Shown: positions 28,696 through 38,652, counted from the first letter of the stretch. The stretch: DNA of 64,000 bases from Pseudomonadota bacterium (GCA_018240435.1 JAFEFT010000002.1:35262-99261); one strand, 5' to 3'. The notes: generated by a model from the letters alone, not told the origin. Translations and numbers: made by a program.

Positions 28696-30531
28696 GTGCC
28701 CATCCAGCAACTCCCCGACACCCTGATCGACCAGATCGCCGCTGGCGAGGTCGTCGAGCGTCCGGCGTCGGTGGTCAAGGAACTGGTCGAGAACGCGCTC
28801 GATGCCGGTGCGACGCGGGTGGAGGTCGATCTCGAAGAAGGCGGTATCCGCCTGATCCGCGTGCGCGACGATGGCAGCGGCATGGCCGCCGAGGATCTGC
28901 CGTTGGCGGTGTCACGGCATGCGACCAGCAAGATCGCTTCGCTGGACGATCTGGAGCAGGTGCTGACGATGGGTTTTCGCGGCGAGGCGCTGCCGTCGAT
29001 CGCTTCGGTATCGCGCTTCAGCCTTGTTTCGCGCGATGAGGCAGGGGCGCATGGCGCGTGTTTGCAGATCGACGGTGGCAAGCCGCAGGCGGTGGCGCCG
29101 CATCCGCATCCGCGCGGCAGCACGGTCGAGGTGCGCGACCTGTTCTACAACGTGCCGGCACGGCGGCGTTTCCTCAAGGCCGAGCGCACCGAACTGGGCC
29201 ACATCGAAGAATGGCTGCGGGCGTTGGCGCTGGTGCGGCCCGACATCGATCTGCGCGTCGTCCACAACGGCCGTGCGCTCAAGCATTACCGGCCATTGCG
29301 CAGCGGCGAGGACGCGCTCGCGCGCATCGCGCAGGCGCTGGGCGAGGAGTTCGCCAACGCCTGTCTTGCGCTCGATCACGCGGCCGCCGGGCTGCGCCTG
29401 CATGGCTGGATCGGGCTGCCGACGACGGCGCGATCGAGCGCCGACCAGCAGTATTTCTTCGTCAATCGTCGCGCCGTGCGCGATCGCACCGTTGCCCATG
29501 CGGTGCGCCAGGCCTATGCCGATGTGCTGTATCACGGCCGGCATCCGGCGTTCGTGCTGTTTCTCGAACTCGATCCGCGTCGGGTCGACGTGAACGTGCA
29601 TCCGGCCAAGCACGAAGTGCGTTTCCGCGATGGCCGGCTGGTGCACGATTTCGTCTATCGCACGCTGCACGAGGCGCTGTCCGACACGCGCGCCGGCGCG
29701 GTGGCGTCGCCGCCACAGGACGCGACGATGGCGACGCCGGCGAGCGCGCCGCCGGGCAACGGCGGCAGTGCGGCGGCGCCGCTGGCGTGGTCGGGTCCGC
29801 GTCAAAGCGGCTTGCCGCTGAACGTGCGCGATCGCGCGGCGGCGTATGCCGGTGGCTTCGGCAGTGATGTCGCGCCGGCTTCGATGCTGACCTCGATGGC
29901 GACGACGGCGGCGGCGACATCGCCCGTTGCCGGCGAGGAAGGCGCGCCGCCGCCGCTGGGCTATGCGCTGGCGCAGTTGCACGGCATCTTCATCCTCGCC
30001 GAGAACGCGCAGGGTTTGATCGTCGTCGACATGCACGCGGCGCACGAGCGCATCACTTACGAGCGCCTGAAGGCGGCGCAAGAGGGCGTCGGCATCCGCG
30101 TGCAACCGCTGCTGGTGCCGCTGACGCTGGCCTTGTCCGAACGCGAGGCCGATGCCGCCGAAGAACATGCGCAGACATTGGCGGCGCTGGGTTTCGAAGT
30201 CGATCGCAGCGGCCCGCAATCGGTGACGCTGCGCGGTGTGCCGGCGCTGCTCGACGGCGCCGATCCGCGGCAGTTGCTGCTCGATGTGCTCACCGACTTG
30301 CGCGAGCACGGCCAGACCCGCCGCGTCGAAGAACAACGCAACGAACTGCTGTCGACGATGGCCTGCCACGGCTCGGTGCGTGCCAATCGCCGGCTGACGA
30401 TTCCCGAGATGAACGCCTTGCTGCGCGACATGGAGGCCACCGAGCGGTCGGCGCAATGCAATCACGGCCGCCCGACCTGGGTGCAACTCGGCCATGCCGA
30501 CCTGGATCGCTTGTTCATGCGCGGGCGGTAG
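28696..30531 (+). CDS. mutL: DNA mismatch repair protein MutL
   Basis: This is the in-frame C-terminal part of track ORF 26533..30531 from GTG 28696: (M)[38 protein letters not shown]. It has a GHKL ATPase N-terminus and, in the C-terminal domain, an ACHGSVRAN stretch. Confidence 0.92.
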   Translation: MPIQQLPDTLIDQIAAGEVVERPASVVKELVENALDAGATRVEVDLEEGGIRLIRVRDDGSGMAAEDLPLAVSRHATSKIASLDDLEQVLTMGFRGEALPSIASVSRFSLVSRDEAGAHGACLQIDGGKPQAVAPHPHPRGSTVEVRDLFYNVPARRRFLKAERTELGHIEEWLRALALVRPDIDLRVVHNGRALKHYRPLRSGEDALARIAQALGEEFANACLALDHAAAGLRLHGWIGLPTTARSSADQQYFFVNRRAVRDRTVAHAVRQAYADVLYHGRHPAFVLFLELDPRRVDVNVHPAKHEVRFRDGRLVHDFVYRTLHEALSDTRAGAVASPPQDATMATPASAPPGNGGSAAAPLAWSGPRQSGLPLNVRDRAAAYAGGFGSDVAPASMLTSMATTAAATSPVAGEEGAPPPLGYALAQLHGIFILAENAQGLIVVDMHAAHERITYERLKAAQEGVGIRVQPLLVPLTLALSEREADAAEEHAQTLAALGFEVDRSGPQSVTLRGVPALLDGADPRQLLLDVLTDLREHGQTRRVEEQRNELLSTMACHGSVRANRRLTIPEMNALLRDMEATERSAQCNHGRPTWVQLGHADLDRLFMRGR

Positions 30532-30603
30532 AATCATCGCGGCGACGGGTGCTTCCAGCGTGAACGATGCTGGCCCCGGTCGCGTCCCCTCGTTCGCCCC
30601 ACC

Positions 30604-31614
30604 GTGGGTGCCCCACGCAACCCCAGCATGAGACGCCGCATGTCCATTCCTGAATTTCCGGTTCGTCAGACCGCCTGCGCCGCCGTCATCGCCTTGCTGG
30701 CAGGAGTTTGTGCCATGACCCAGCCTTCGGCCGCCGCCACGCCCGCCGCGAAAGCGCCATCGAGTTTCGAGCAGAGCAACCAGCAATGGCGCAGCCAGCG
30801 CGTCGAACGCCTGCGCGCGCCCGACGGCTGGCTGTCGCTGGTCGGCCTGCACTGGATCGATGCCGGCACGCACCACCTCGGCCATGCCGCCGGCAATGAC
30901 GTGCAGCTCAATACCGGCCCGGCGCGATTGGGCACGCTGGTGCTCAAGGCCGGCAAGATCACCTTCAAGGCCGAAGGTGCGGGCGTCACGATTGCTGGCA
31001 AGGCGATCAGCGGCGAGGTGAACTTGAAGTCCGATGCGGCCAGCGACGGCCCCACCATCGTTTCCTTCAACAACGGCACCGCCAATTTCCAGGTGATCGA
31101 ACGTGCCGGCAAGTTTGCGCTGCGGGTGAAGGATGCCAATGCACCCACGCGCACCGGATTTTCCGGCATCGATTATTTCGCTCCCGACCCCTCGTGGCGG
31201 GTCACGGCCCGCTTCGAGCCGCATCCCAAGGGCCGCACGATGCCGATCGCGTCGGTCATCAACACCGTCGAGCCGATGGCCAACCCCGGCGTGGTGGTGT
31301 TCGAGCATGGCGGCAAGAGCTATCGCCTCGAAGCACTCGACGAAGGCGACGGCCAGTTGTTCCTGATCTTCGCCGATCGCACCAGCGGCAAGACCACTTA
31401 CGGTGCCGGCCGCTTCCTGTATGCCGATCCGCCGAAGAACGGCGTCACCGTGGTCGATTTCAATCAGGCTTACAACCCGCCGTGCGTGTTCACCCATTAC
31501 GCGACGTGTCCGTTGCCGCCGCCGGAAAATCGCCTCGACGTGGCGGTGGAAGCCGGTGAGAAAAAATACCGTGGCCCCGTTGCGCAGGCGGCCAGCAAGA
31601 CGGGTGCCCGGTGA
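30604..31614 (+). CDS. DUF1684 domain-containing secreted protein
   Basis: A 336-aa ORF. The likely true start is Met9 or Met13 (30628 or 30640), ahead of a signal peptide. The C-terminal motif GAGRFLYADPP...VDFNQAYNPPCVFTHYATCPLPPPENRL is typical of DUF1684. Confidence 0.7.
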   Translation: MGAPRNPSMRRRMSIPEFPVRQTACAAVIALLAGVCAMTQPSAAATPAAKAPSSFEQSNQQWRSQRVERLRAPDGWLSLVGLHWIDAGTHHLGHAAGNDVQLNTGPARLGTLVLKAGKITFKAEGAGVTIAGKAISGEVNLKSDAASDGPTIVSFNNGTANFQVIERAGKFALRVKDANAPTRTGFSGIDYFAPDPSWRVTARFEPHPKGRTMPIASVINTVEPMANPGVVVFEHGGKSYRLEALDEGDGQLFLIFADRTSGKTTYGAGRFLYADPPKNGVTVVDFNQAYNPPCVFTHYATCPLPPPENRLDVAVEAGEKKYRGPVAQAASKTGAR

Positions 31615-32519
31615 GTCGCTGGCAGCGAACGCTGGCGCTCGTCCTCGGCCTGCTGCTGGCGGTCGGCGCAGCGTGGGGCAAGCCGCCGACGCCATTGCTG
31701 TGGAAGGCCACGCGCGGCGACACCACGATCTACCTGCTCGGTTCGTTGCACATCCTGCAGGCGAGCGATTACCCGCTTTCCGATGACGTCGAGCGCGCCT
31801 ACCACGATGCCGCGCAGGTGCTGTTCGAGATTCCGCCGGCGCAGATGGGAGCGCTGGGTGTGCTGGGGCCGACGCTCACGTACGGGATGTATCAGGATCC
31901 AGCGCACGGGCTGAAGGATGACCTGGATTCGGCAACGTGGCAGCGCGTGCAAAATTACGCGGCCAGGAACGGCATGTCCGTCTTCGCCCTGTCGCGCATG
32001 CGGCCGTGGCTGGTCTCGCTGACCATCATGGCGATGGAAACGAAAAAACTGGCCTACGACCCCGATCGCGGCCTCGACAAGCATTTCATGGATCAGGCCG
32101 TCGCCGACCGCAAGCGTACCGATGGGTTCGAGTCGGCCGAGCAGCAAATGCGCCTGCTCGCCGGTGCGCCGATGGCCGATCAGGTGCGCGATCTCAAGCA
32201 GATGCTCGACGACCTGCCGAAATTTTCCGAAAAGATGGGGCAGATGCACGACATCTGGCGTCGTGGCGACGCCACCGATCTGTACCGCGAAGCGGCCGGC
32301 GAGTTCAAGGATCAGCCCGGTGCGATGCGGCGCTTGATCGACGACCGCAATCGCGCCTGGGTGCCGCAGCTCGATGCCAAGGCGGCGGCGGTGCATGGCG
32401 AAACATTGGTAATCGTCGGCGCGATGCATTTACTCGGGCCCAACGGCCTGGTGCAGCTGCTGCGTCAGGATGGGTACAAGGTCGAGCGCGTGTGCACCGG
32501 TTGTGTCGGGGTGAAGTGA
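31611..32519 (+). CDS. TraB/GumN family protein
   Basis: A 302-aa ORF with a 4-nt overlap with the previous gene. It has a signal peptide, then PLLWKATRGDTTIYLLGSLHIL and a C-terminal VGAMHLLGPNGL motif. Confidence 0.75.
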   Translation: MSRWQRTLALVLGLLLAVGAAWGKPPTPLLWKATRGDTTIYLLGSLHILQASDYPLSDDVERAYHDAAQVLFEIPPAQMGALGVLGPTLTYGMYQDPAHGLKDDLDSATWQRVQNYAARNGMSVFALSRMRPWLVSLTIMAMETKKLAYDPDRGLDKHFMDQAVADRKRTDGFESAEQQMRLLAGAPMADQVRDLKQMLDDLPKFSEKMGQMHDIWRRGDATDLYREAAGEFKDQPGAMRRLIDDRNRAWVPQLDAKAAAVHGETLVIVGAMHLLGPNGLVQLLRQDGYKVERVCTGCVGVK

Positions 32520-32561
32520 CGCGGCGAGCTTGTGTTTCGCGGTGTCGACGGGCGTGGCGTT

Positions 32562-33305
32562 TCATTCCGGCGGCGGCACCATCTGAATGCAGTCGACCGG
32601 GCAGGGCGGCACGCACAGCTCGCAGCCGGTGCACAGATCGGCGATGACGGTGTGCATGCGCTGGCGTGCGCCGACGATGGCATCGACCGGACAGGCCTGG
32701 ATGCATTTGGTGCAGCCGATGCAATCGGCTTCGACGATGCGCGCCACCCGCGGTGGCTTTTCGATGCCGTGGGCCGGGTTCAACGGCTTGCGCGCGCGAC
32801 CCAGCAACTCGGCCAGCGCGGCGATGCCGGCGGCACCGCCGGGCGGGCACTGATCGATGTCGGCGACGCCATCGACGATCGCCGTGGCGTAAGGCCGACA
32901 GCCAGCGAAACTGCATTGACCGCACTGCGTCTGCGGCAGCAGACGGTCGATCGCTTCGATGCGCGCCTCGCGGTCCTTCGTGATCTCCGGCGCATGCGCG
33001 CGCCGCAGCAATCCGGGCAGCCATCCGAGCGCTGCCGCGAGCGCGCACCCAACCGCCGGTGCCGTGGTTGCCGCCAATGCGGCAAACGGTAGTGCGGCGG
33101 CGGCGGCGGCAAATACCCGCGGTCGCCACTCGCGGCGCTGGCCGGTGCTGGCGAATTCATCCAGACGCAACTGCATCGCCGGCCCGAGCGTGAGCCCGAG
33201 CACAAGTGCGATGGCGAAGGCGGCAAGCGCGAGCATGAATGCGGTCAGGCCGATGCCGGCGTCGATCGTTGCCCCACGGATTGCGCAGGCATGGCGGTTG
33301 CTCAA
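32562..33305 (-). CDS. RnfB/RsxB-like ferredoxin (one N-terminal 4Fe-4S binding module plus two 4Fe-4S ferredoxin motifs) with an extended hydrophobic N-terminus
   Basis: A 247-aa ORF with [39 protein letters not shown] and [16 protein letters not shown]. Its start codon overlaps the kmo stop by 4 nt. The true start could be an internal Met. Confidence 0.75.
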   Translation of the reverse strand: MSNRHACAIRGATIDAGIGLTAFMLALAAFAIALVLGLTLGPAMQLRLDEFASTGQRREWRPRVFAAAAAALPFAALAATTAPAVGCALAAALGWLPGLLRRAHAPEITKDREARIEAIDRLLPQTQCGQCSFAGCRPYATAIVDGVADIDQCPPGGAAGIAALAELLGRARKPLNPAHGIEKPPRVARIVEADCIGCTKCIQACPVDAIVGARQRMHTVIADLCTGCELCVPPCPVDCIQMVPPPE

Positions 33306-34675
33306 TCCGGATCGAGGGTGGACAGGCGATCGCGGACTGCCGCATCGAGCGCAGCAAGGTCGACATCGGCGAGACTGGTGTGTCCGCGCGTGGCCTCGAC
33401 CAGCAGTTCGCGCTGCACGCGACCGCGTGCCAGCGCCGTTGCGTACGGAATGCGCCTGAACGTGACCATGCTGTAGCGTGGCACGAAGCGTTCGGGATCG
33501 CGTTGCGCGAGCAGGCGTTCGAGTTCGCGTTGCAGCAGGAAGTCGGCGTCATCGACGCGATCGCGCATTTCCAGATAATTCTCCAGCGCCATCTGCTGGA
33601 TCGCGCAAGCGTTGGGCAGGCGCTGGGCCTGAAAGGCGGCGAAGGCCCCGGCGAAATCGTCGGCGCCGGCAATGCATGCGGCCAATGCCGCGCAGTCCTC
33701 GAAAGCGCAATTCATGCCCTGACCATGGAACGGCACCATCGCGTGCGCAGCGTCGCCGAGCAGCACCGCGCGACCGTCCAGGTGCCAGCGATCCAGATAC
33801 AGCGTCGCCAGCTGGCCGATCGGATGCGCGGCCCAGTCGGCATCGAAATCCGGGATATGCGCCAGTGCGCTGGCGAAGTCGCGTTCGAACAGCGCCCGCG
33901 CGGCGGCAGCGTCAGGCAGGGCGTCGAAGCCCGGCATGCCGTCGCTTGCCTGCAACGGCAGGAACAGGGTGACGGTGAACGTGCGTTCGGTATTCGGCAA
34001 GGCGATGCACATGTAGCGACCGCGCGGCCAGATGTGCAAGGCGTTGGGTTCGATGCGGAAGCCGCCGTCGGCGGATGGTTCTATCTCCAGTTCCTTGTAA
34101 CCGTGGCCGAGTGATTCGAAACGCTCGCCGAGCGGCGTGATTTGATCGATCGCGCCACGCAGCGCCGAGCCGGCACCATCGGCGCCGATCAACACGTCGA
34201 AGGCGTGGCCGATGCTGCTGCCGTCGCGGTCATCGACGAAGGTTGCGTGCTTCGCGTCGAAATCCACGCGATCCAGGCGTGCATGGAAATGCAGCCTGGC
34301 ACCCGCGGCTTCGGCGGCATCGAGCAACAGCAGGTTCAAGCGGCCGCGATGCACCGACCAGATCACCTCGCTGTCGTCCTTGCCGTAGCGTTGCAGGGCG
34401 GTGTGGCCGTCGGGGTGGTGGACCATGCGCCCGCGCATCATCACCGCCTGCGCCAGCACCGCCTCATGCAGCCCGGCCTGGCGCAGGGCGTGCAGGCCGC
34501 GTTCGGCCAGCGCCAGGTTGATCGAACGACCGCCTTCGTAGCCGACGCTGCGCGGATCGGCGCGTTTTTCGAATACCTCGACCTGCCATCCCGCGCGGGC
34601 GAGCAAGGTGGCAAGCAGCGCGCCGGCGAGGCCGGCGCCGGCGATGGTGAGGGTGTTCTGGGCTGATGGCTTCAT
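33302..34675 (-). CDS. kmo: kynurenine 3-monooxygenase (FAD-dependent)
   Basis: A 457-aa ORF with [20 protein letters not shown] (GxGxxG), [23 protein letters not shown] and [23 protein letters not shown] motifs. Confidence 0.85.
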   Translation of the reverse strand: MKPSAQNTLTIAGAGLAGALLATLLARAGWQVEVFEKRADPRSVGYEGGRSINLALAERGLHALRQAGLHEAVLAQAVMMRGRMVHHPDGHTALQRYGKDDSEVIWSVHRGRLNLLLLDAAEAAGARLHFHARLDRVDFDAKHATFVDDRDGSSIGHAFDVLIGADGAGSALRGAIDQITPLGERFESLGHGYKELEIEPSADGGFRIEPNALHIWPRGRYMCIALPNTERTFTVTLFLPLQASDGMPGFDALPDAAAARALFERDFASALAHIPDFDADWAAHPIGQLATLYLDRWHLDGRAVLLGDAAHAMVPFHGQGMNCAFEDCAALAACIAGADDFAGAFAAFQAQRLPNACAIQQMALENYLEMRDRVDDADFLLQRELERLLAQRDPERFVPRYSMVTFRRIPYATALARGRVQRELLVEATRGHTSLADVDLAALDAAVRDRLSTLDPD

Positions 34676-35013
34676 GCTTTTGGCTCGTCATTCCCGCGAA
34701 GGCGGGAATCCACCCCATCGTTCTGACCGGTAATTTCGCACCACAAGTCCTTCCAGGAGCCATTGCGTTCTTCGATGAGGCGAATCTTCCAGTCGCGGTT
34801 CCACTTTTTCAGTTGCTTCTCGCGAACGATGGCGTTCTCCATCGTGTCGTACAGTTCGTACCAAACCAACCGTCGCACGTCGTAACGCGTGGTGAATCCC
34901 TCGACGAGGTGTTCGCGGTGCTGCCAGGTTCTCGTGACCAGGTCGCTGGTAACGCCGATGAACAAGGTGCCGGCTCTTTGACTGGCGAGTATGTAGACGG
35001 CGGGCTGCTTCAT
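34672..35013 (-). CDS. GIY-YIG (URI domain, COG2827/YhbQ-like) nuclease family protein
   Basis: A 113-aa ORF: VYILASQRAGTLFIGVTSDLVTRTWQH...REKQLKKWNRDWKIRLIEE. The last roughly 14 codons ([12 protein letters not shown]) translate the left REP arm plus flanking DNA. The stop overlaps the kmo ATG (ATGA). Confidence 0.85.
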   Translation of the reverse strand: MKQPAVYILASQRAGTLFIGVTSDLVTRTWQHREHLVEGFTTRYDVRRLVWYELYDTMENAIVREKQLKKWNRDWKIRLIEERNGSWKDLWCEITGQNDGVDSRLRGNDEPKA

Positions 35014-35055
35014 GGCTTCCGGTGGGAGTGGATTCCCGCCTTCGCGGGAATGACG
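34686..35055. mobile_element. 370-bp cassette bounded by perfect 28-bp terminal inverted repeats (REP hairpins) and carrying a GIY-YIG nuclease gene
   Basis: The left arm is CGTCATTCCCGCGAAGGCGGGAATCCAC (34686-34713). The right arm (35028-35055) is its exact reverse complement. The interior is visibly less GC-rich than the flanking genes, with many AAA/GAA/TTG codons. No target-site duplication is evident. Confidence 0.5.
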
Positions 35056-35097
35056 GCAAGAACAGATGCACGGAGCACGACGGCGAACAGGTTCAAG

Positions 35098-36405
35098 CTA
35101 GCCCGCCGTATCCCGCCACGTCGCTATCGATTCAACCAGCTTCCACGCATCGATGAAACGGTTGTACAGCGGCGTCGGTGCGACGCGGATCACGTCGGGT
35201 TCGCGCCAGTCGCCGATGATGCCTCGCGTTGCCAGGTGCTCGAACAGGGCGCGGCCGCGAGCGCGTCCACCGACCACGCGCAGGCTCAACTGGCAGCCGC
35301 GGCGATCGCGGTCGGACGGGGTGAGGATGTCGATGACGCCGTGCAATCGGCTGCGGATCAGCGCTTCGAGGTAGGCGGTCAGGTCGATCGCCTTGGCGCG
35401 CAGGCGATCCATGCCGGCGCGATGGAACACCTCCAGCGACGCGCGCAGCGGCGCCAGCGCCATGATCGGCGGATTGCTCAATTGCCAGCCATCGGCGCCC
35501 GGCGTGGGCACGAAGTCCGGGCCCATGCGGAAGCGGCTGGCCGGGTCGTGGCCCCACCAGCCGGCGAAGCGCGGGCGGTCGGTGCGGGCATGGCGCTCGT
35601 GGACGAAGCAGCCGGCGATCGCGCCCGGGCCGGCGTTGAGGTACTTGTAGCTGCACCACGCGGCGAAGTCGGCATCGGCATCGTGCAGCGCGAGCTTCAG
35701 GTTGCCGGCGGCGTGGGCGAGGTCGAAGCCGGCGACGGCGCCGCGGGCGTGCGCAAGTGCGGCGATGGCCTTCAGGTCGAAGGCCTCGCCGGTGCGGTAC
35801 TGCACGCCCGGCCACAGCACCAGCGCGATCTTCGAACCGTGCTCGGCCAATGCCCGCTCGATGCGTTCCATGCCGATCAGGCCGGTATCCGGATCGCCTT
35901 CCACTTCGATCAGCGAGGTGGCCGGATCGAAACCGTGGAAACGGATCTGCGAGGCCACCGCGTACTGGTCGGAGGGAAAGGCGCCGGCTTCGATCAGGAT
36001 CGCGTGGCGCTCGGCGGTGGGCCGGTAGAAGCCGACCATCATCAGGTGCAGGTTGGTGGTCAGCGAGTTCATCGCCACCACTTCCGAGGGCAGCGCGCCG
36101 GCGATTTCGGCCAGGTGTGCGCGGACTTCCTCGTGATAGGGCATCCACGGATGCCGGCCGTGGAAATGCGCCTCCACGCCGAGCCTGGCCCAGTCGTCCA
36201 GTTCGGTCAGCAGCGCTTCGCGGATGCCGCGCGGCTGCAGGCCCAGCGAGTTGCCGGTGAAGTAGAACTGGGTGTCTTCGCCGAGCGATGGATCGAGTGC
36301 CGGCGGGATCAGGAATTCGTCGCGAAAGCCGCGCAGCGGATCGGCGGCGTCGCGGGCGCGGGCGTCGGCTTCGGTGGCGGCCAGCGGAATGTGGGGGATG
36401 CTCAT
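35098..36405 (-). CDS. kynU: kynureninase (PLP-dependent)
   Basis: Taken from Met14 of track ORF 35098..36444 (MSIPHIPL...). It has YFTGNSLGLQP, FDLAHAAGN and the WCSYKYLNAGPG PLP-lysine region. Confidence 0.9.
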   Translation of the reverse strand: MSIPHIPLAATEADARARDAADPLRGFRDEFLIPPALDPSLGEDTQFYFTGNSLGLQPRGIREALLTELDDWARLGVEAHFHGRHPWMPYHEEVRAHLAEIAGALPSEVVAMNSLTTNLHLMMVGFYRPTAERHAILIEAGAFPSDQYAVASQIRFHGFDPATSLIEVEGDPDTGLIGMERIERALAEHGSKIALVLWPGVQYRTGEAFDLKAIAALAHARGAVAGFDLAHAAGNLKLALHDADADFAAWCSYKYLNAGPGAIAGCFVHERHARTDRPRFAGWWGHDPASRFRMGPDFVPTPGADGWQLSNPPIMALAPLRASLEVFHRAGMDRLRAKAIDLTAYLEALIRSRLHGVIDILTPSDRDRRGCQLSLRVVGGRARGRALFEHLATRGIIGDWREPDVIRVAPTPLYNRFIDAWKLVESIATWRDTAG

Positions 36406-37427
36406 GCGGTTATCCCGAAGCGCGAGGCGGGCAACCCCAGCCATTCCAGCGCGGTGCCGTGGTACAGACGCGCTTTGCCGCCATCATCCAGACCCAGGCC
36501 GTCGATGTAGCTGCCCGGCTGTTGCTCGCCAAGCGGGAACGGATAGTCGGTGCCCATCATCACCCGCTCGACGCCGACGGTGTCGAGCAGGTAACGCAGG
36601 GCGCGATCATCGGCCACCCACGAATCGAAATACATGCGCGGCAGGTACTCGCGCGGGTTGCGCGGGTTGTCGGTGGCGACGAGGTCGGGTCGCATCTTGA
36701 AGCCGTGTTCGATGCGGCCGATGGTGTACGGGAACGCGCCGCCGCCGTGCGCGAAACAAACCTTGAGTTTCGGCAGGCGCTCGAGCACGCCGCCGAAGAT
36801 CAAACAGCAGGCCGCGCGCGCCTGTTCGGCGGGCATCCCGACCAGCCACGGCAGCCAGTATTTGGGCATCGAATCCTTGCCCATCATGTCCCACGGATGC
36901 ACGAGGATCGCCGCGCCGAGTTCGCTCGCCGCGCGAAAAAAATCGAACAGCTCCGGCGCGTCGAGATTCCAGTCGTTGACGTGGCTGCCGATCTGCACGC
37001 CCTGCAGGTCGAGCTGATCCATGCAGCGTTCGAGTTCCTGGATCGCCAGCCGCGGCGATTGCAGCGGCACCGTGCCGATGCCCGCGTAATGGCGCGGGTG
37101 GCTGCGGCAGATCGCGGCGGTGTGGTCGTTGAGCGCCTGGTGCAGTTCGAGCGCGTGGTGCGGCTTGGCCCAGTAGCTGAACATCACCGGCACCGTGCTG
37201 ATCACCTGCACCTGCACGCCGAAGCGTTCGTAGTCGGCGATGCGTTCGGCCGGATCCCAAGTGTTGGACCAGATCTCGCGGAAGAATTTGCCGTCCTTGT
37301 AGATGCGGTGGCGGCCGTCGGCGGTGTGGTGGATGACCGCGAAGCGGTCGTCGCCGTACTTGGCCGCCAGATCGGGCCAGTCGCGCGGCAGGATGTGGGC
37401 GTGGACGTCGATTTTGAGCATGTTCAC
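36402..37427 (-). CDS. nbaD: 2-amino-3-carboxymuconate-6-semialdehyde decarboxylase (amidohydrolase_2 family)
   Basis: A 341-aa ORF with IDVHAHILP, ILVHPWDM, CFAHGGGAFPY and MMGTDYPFPLGE. It has a 4-nt overlap with kynU. Confidence 0.85.
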   Translation of the reverse strand: MNMLKIDVHAHILPRDWPDLAAKYGDDRFAVIHHTADGRHRIYKDGKFFREIWSNTWDPAERIADYERFGVQVQVISTVPVMFSYWAKPHHALELHQALNDHTAAICRSHPRHYAGIGTVPLQSPRLAIQELERCMDQLDLQGVQIGSHVNDWNLDAPELFDFFRAASELGAAILVHPWDMMGKDSMPKYWLPWLVGMPAEQARAACCLIFGGVLERLPKLKVCFAHGGGAFPYTIGRIEHGFKMRPDLVATDNPRNPREYLPRMYFDSWVADDRALRYLLDTVGVERVMMGTDYPFPLGEQQPGSYIDGLGLDDGGKARLYHGTALEWLGLPASRFGITA

Positions 37428-37777
37428 GACTCGGGTCGAAAGGACGCCAGCAGGTCATCGACCTGTGCCTGCAGCGGCGCCAGGCGCGTCTGGACGATGT
37501 CCCAGACCAGCCGGTCGTCTACCTCGGCGTACCCGTGGATCAGGATGTTGCGGAAAGCGATGATGCGACGGCAGTCGGTGATTCGCTCGGCCAGCGCTGC
37601 ATCGCGCCGCGCCCATTGTGCCAGCGCATCGCCGATGATCTCGAACTGGCGTTCGACCGCTGCACGCAGCATGGCGTCGTCGAGATAGCCCTGCAGGTCG
37701 CGTCCGGCGGTGAATTGCGCCAGCCTGCGGGCAGCCTGCTGGATGTCGAACAGATATTTGGCCTGCTCAAGCCGCAT
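37424..37777 (-). CDS. hepT: HepT-like (DUF86/HEPN) toxin of a type VII toxin-antitoxin pair
   Basis: Taken from Met95 of track ORF 37424..38059, giving a 117-aa protein. It has the Rx4HxY HEPN motif in AFRNILIHGY. Its stop overlaps the nbaD start by 4 nt. Confidence 0.8.
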   Translation of the reverse strand: MRLEQAKYLFDIQQAARRLAQFTAGRDLQGYLDDAMLRAAVERQFEIIGDALAQWARRDAALAERITDCRRIIAFRNILIHGYAEVDDRLVWDIVQTRLAPLQAQVDDLLASFRPES

Positions 37778-38063
37778 ACAAGGCGACCCGCTGGCGTTCG
37801 ATCGAACGGCGGAAGTAAGGATTGCGGATCGCGGCATCCACGACCAGATCGACCGGCGCGTCCAGCAGCCCCTGCAAGCCTTCGAGCAGGCCGAAATAGG
37901 CGTTGGCGTAGCCCTCCTGCAGCGCTCCGAAATCCACCAGGAAATCGTAGTCGGCGGGTGCTTCCTGCACCGTCGCCGAGCCGAACAGGTCGAGCCGGTG
38001 CACACCGTGGCGCTGGCAAAGATCCACGATGGCGGACCTACGGGACGACAGCAATGCATTCAT
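37767..38063 (-). CDS. mntA: MNT-domain nucleotidyltransferase antitoxin (MntA-like)
   Basis: A 98-aa ORF with the LFGSATVQEAPADYDFLV motif (GS...DxD nucleotidyltransferase signature). It overlaps hepT by 11 nt. Confidence 0.8.
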   Translation of the reverse strand: MNALLSSRRSAIVDLCQRHGVHRLDLFGSATVQEAPADYDFLVDFGALQEGYANAYFGLLEGLQGLLDAPVDLVVDAAIRNPYFRRSIERQRVALYAA

Positions 38064-38115
38064 GCACGGATTCTACCCGTTGCGATGGGGATGCGTGGCA
38101 ACGCATGGCGGCACG

Positions 38116-38652
38116 TCAAGCTTCGTCGTGCTCGTATCGCGCCGGTCGCGGATGCAGCGCGCCGCAGTGCGCGCAGGTGCGGTGCGCATCGCTGCGATAG
38201 AAGCGGTCGAACACCGGCGGGAAGTCATGCTCGACGCTGCCCAGGGTGAAGCGTTCTTCGTAAACCTTGTGGTTGCAGTTCTGGCAGTACCACTGCAGGC
38301 CGTCCAGCTCGTGCGCCAGGCGCCGGCGCTCGATCACCAGGCCGATCGAATCTTTCATGCGCTGCGGCGAATGCGGCACGTTCGGCGGCAGGTAGAAGAT
38401 TTCGCCGGCCTTGATCGGAATGTCGTGCACCTTGCCGTCCTCCTGGATGCGCAGGACCATCTCGCCCTCGAGCTGGTGGAAGAACTCCGGGCCTTCGTCG
38501 ACGTGGTAGTCGGTGCGTTCGTTGGGGCCGCCGACCACCATCACGATGAAATCGCCGTCGACGATGCACTTGTTGCCGACCGGCGGCTTGAGCAGGTGGC
38601 GGTGGTCGTCGATCCACTGCTGGAAGTTGAAGGCGGGGGGGAGGGTGGGCAT
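38116..38652 (-). CDS. nbaC: 3-hydroxyanthranilate 3,4-dioxygenase (cupin with C-terminal rubredoxin-like site)
   Basis: Taken from Met38 of track ORF 38116..38763 ([17 protein letters not shown]...). It has [18 protein letters not shown], plus CQNCNH and CAHCG Cys pairs. Confidence 0.9.
   Translation of the reverse strand: MPTLPPAFNFQQWIDDHRHLLKPPVGNKCIVDGDFIVMVVGGPNERTDYHVDEGPEFFHQLEGEMVLRIQEDGKVHDIPIKAGEIFYLPPNVPHSPQRMKDSIGLVIERRRLAHELDGLQWYCQNCNHKVYEERFTLGSVEHDFPPVFDRFYRSDAHRTCAHCGALHPRPARYEHDEA

Noticed and set aside
26039-31695. Very long ORFs: 26039..28501(-), 26533..30531(+, upstream part) and 28912..31695(-).
   Set aside because: They are shadow frames of the metalloprotease, mutL and DUF1684 genes. 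No motifs are visible and the composition is Arg/Ala/Gly/Pro-dominated.
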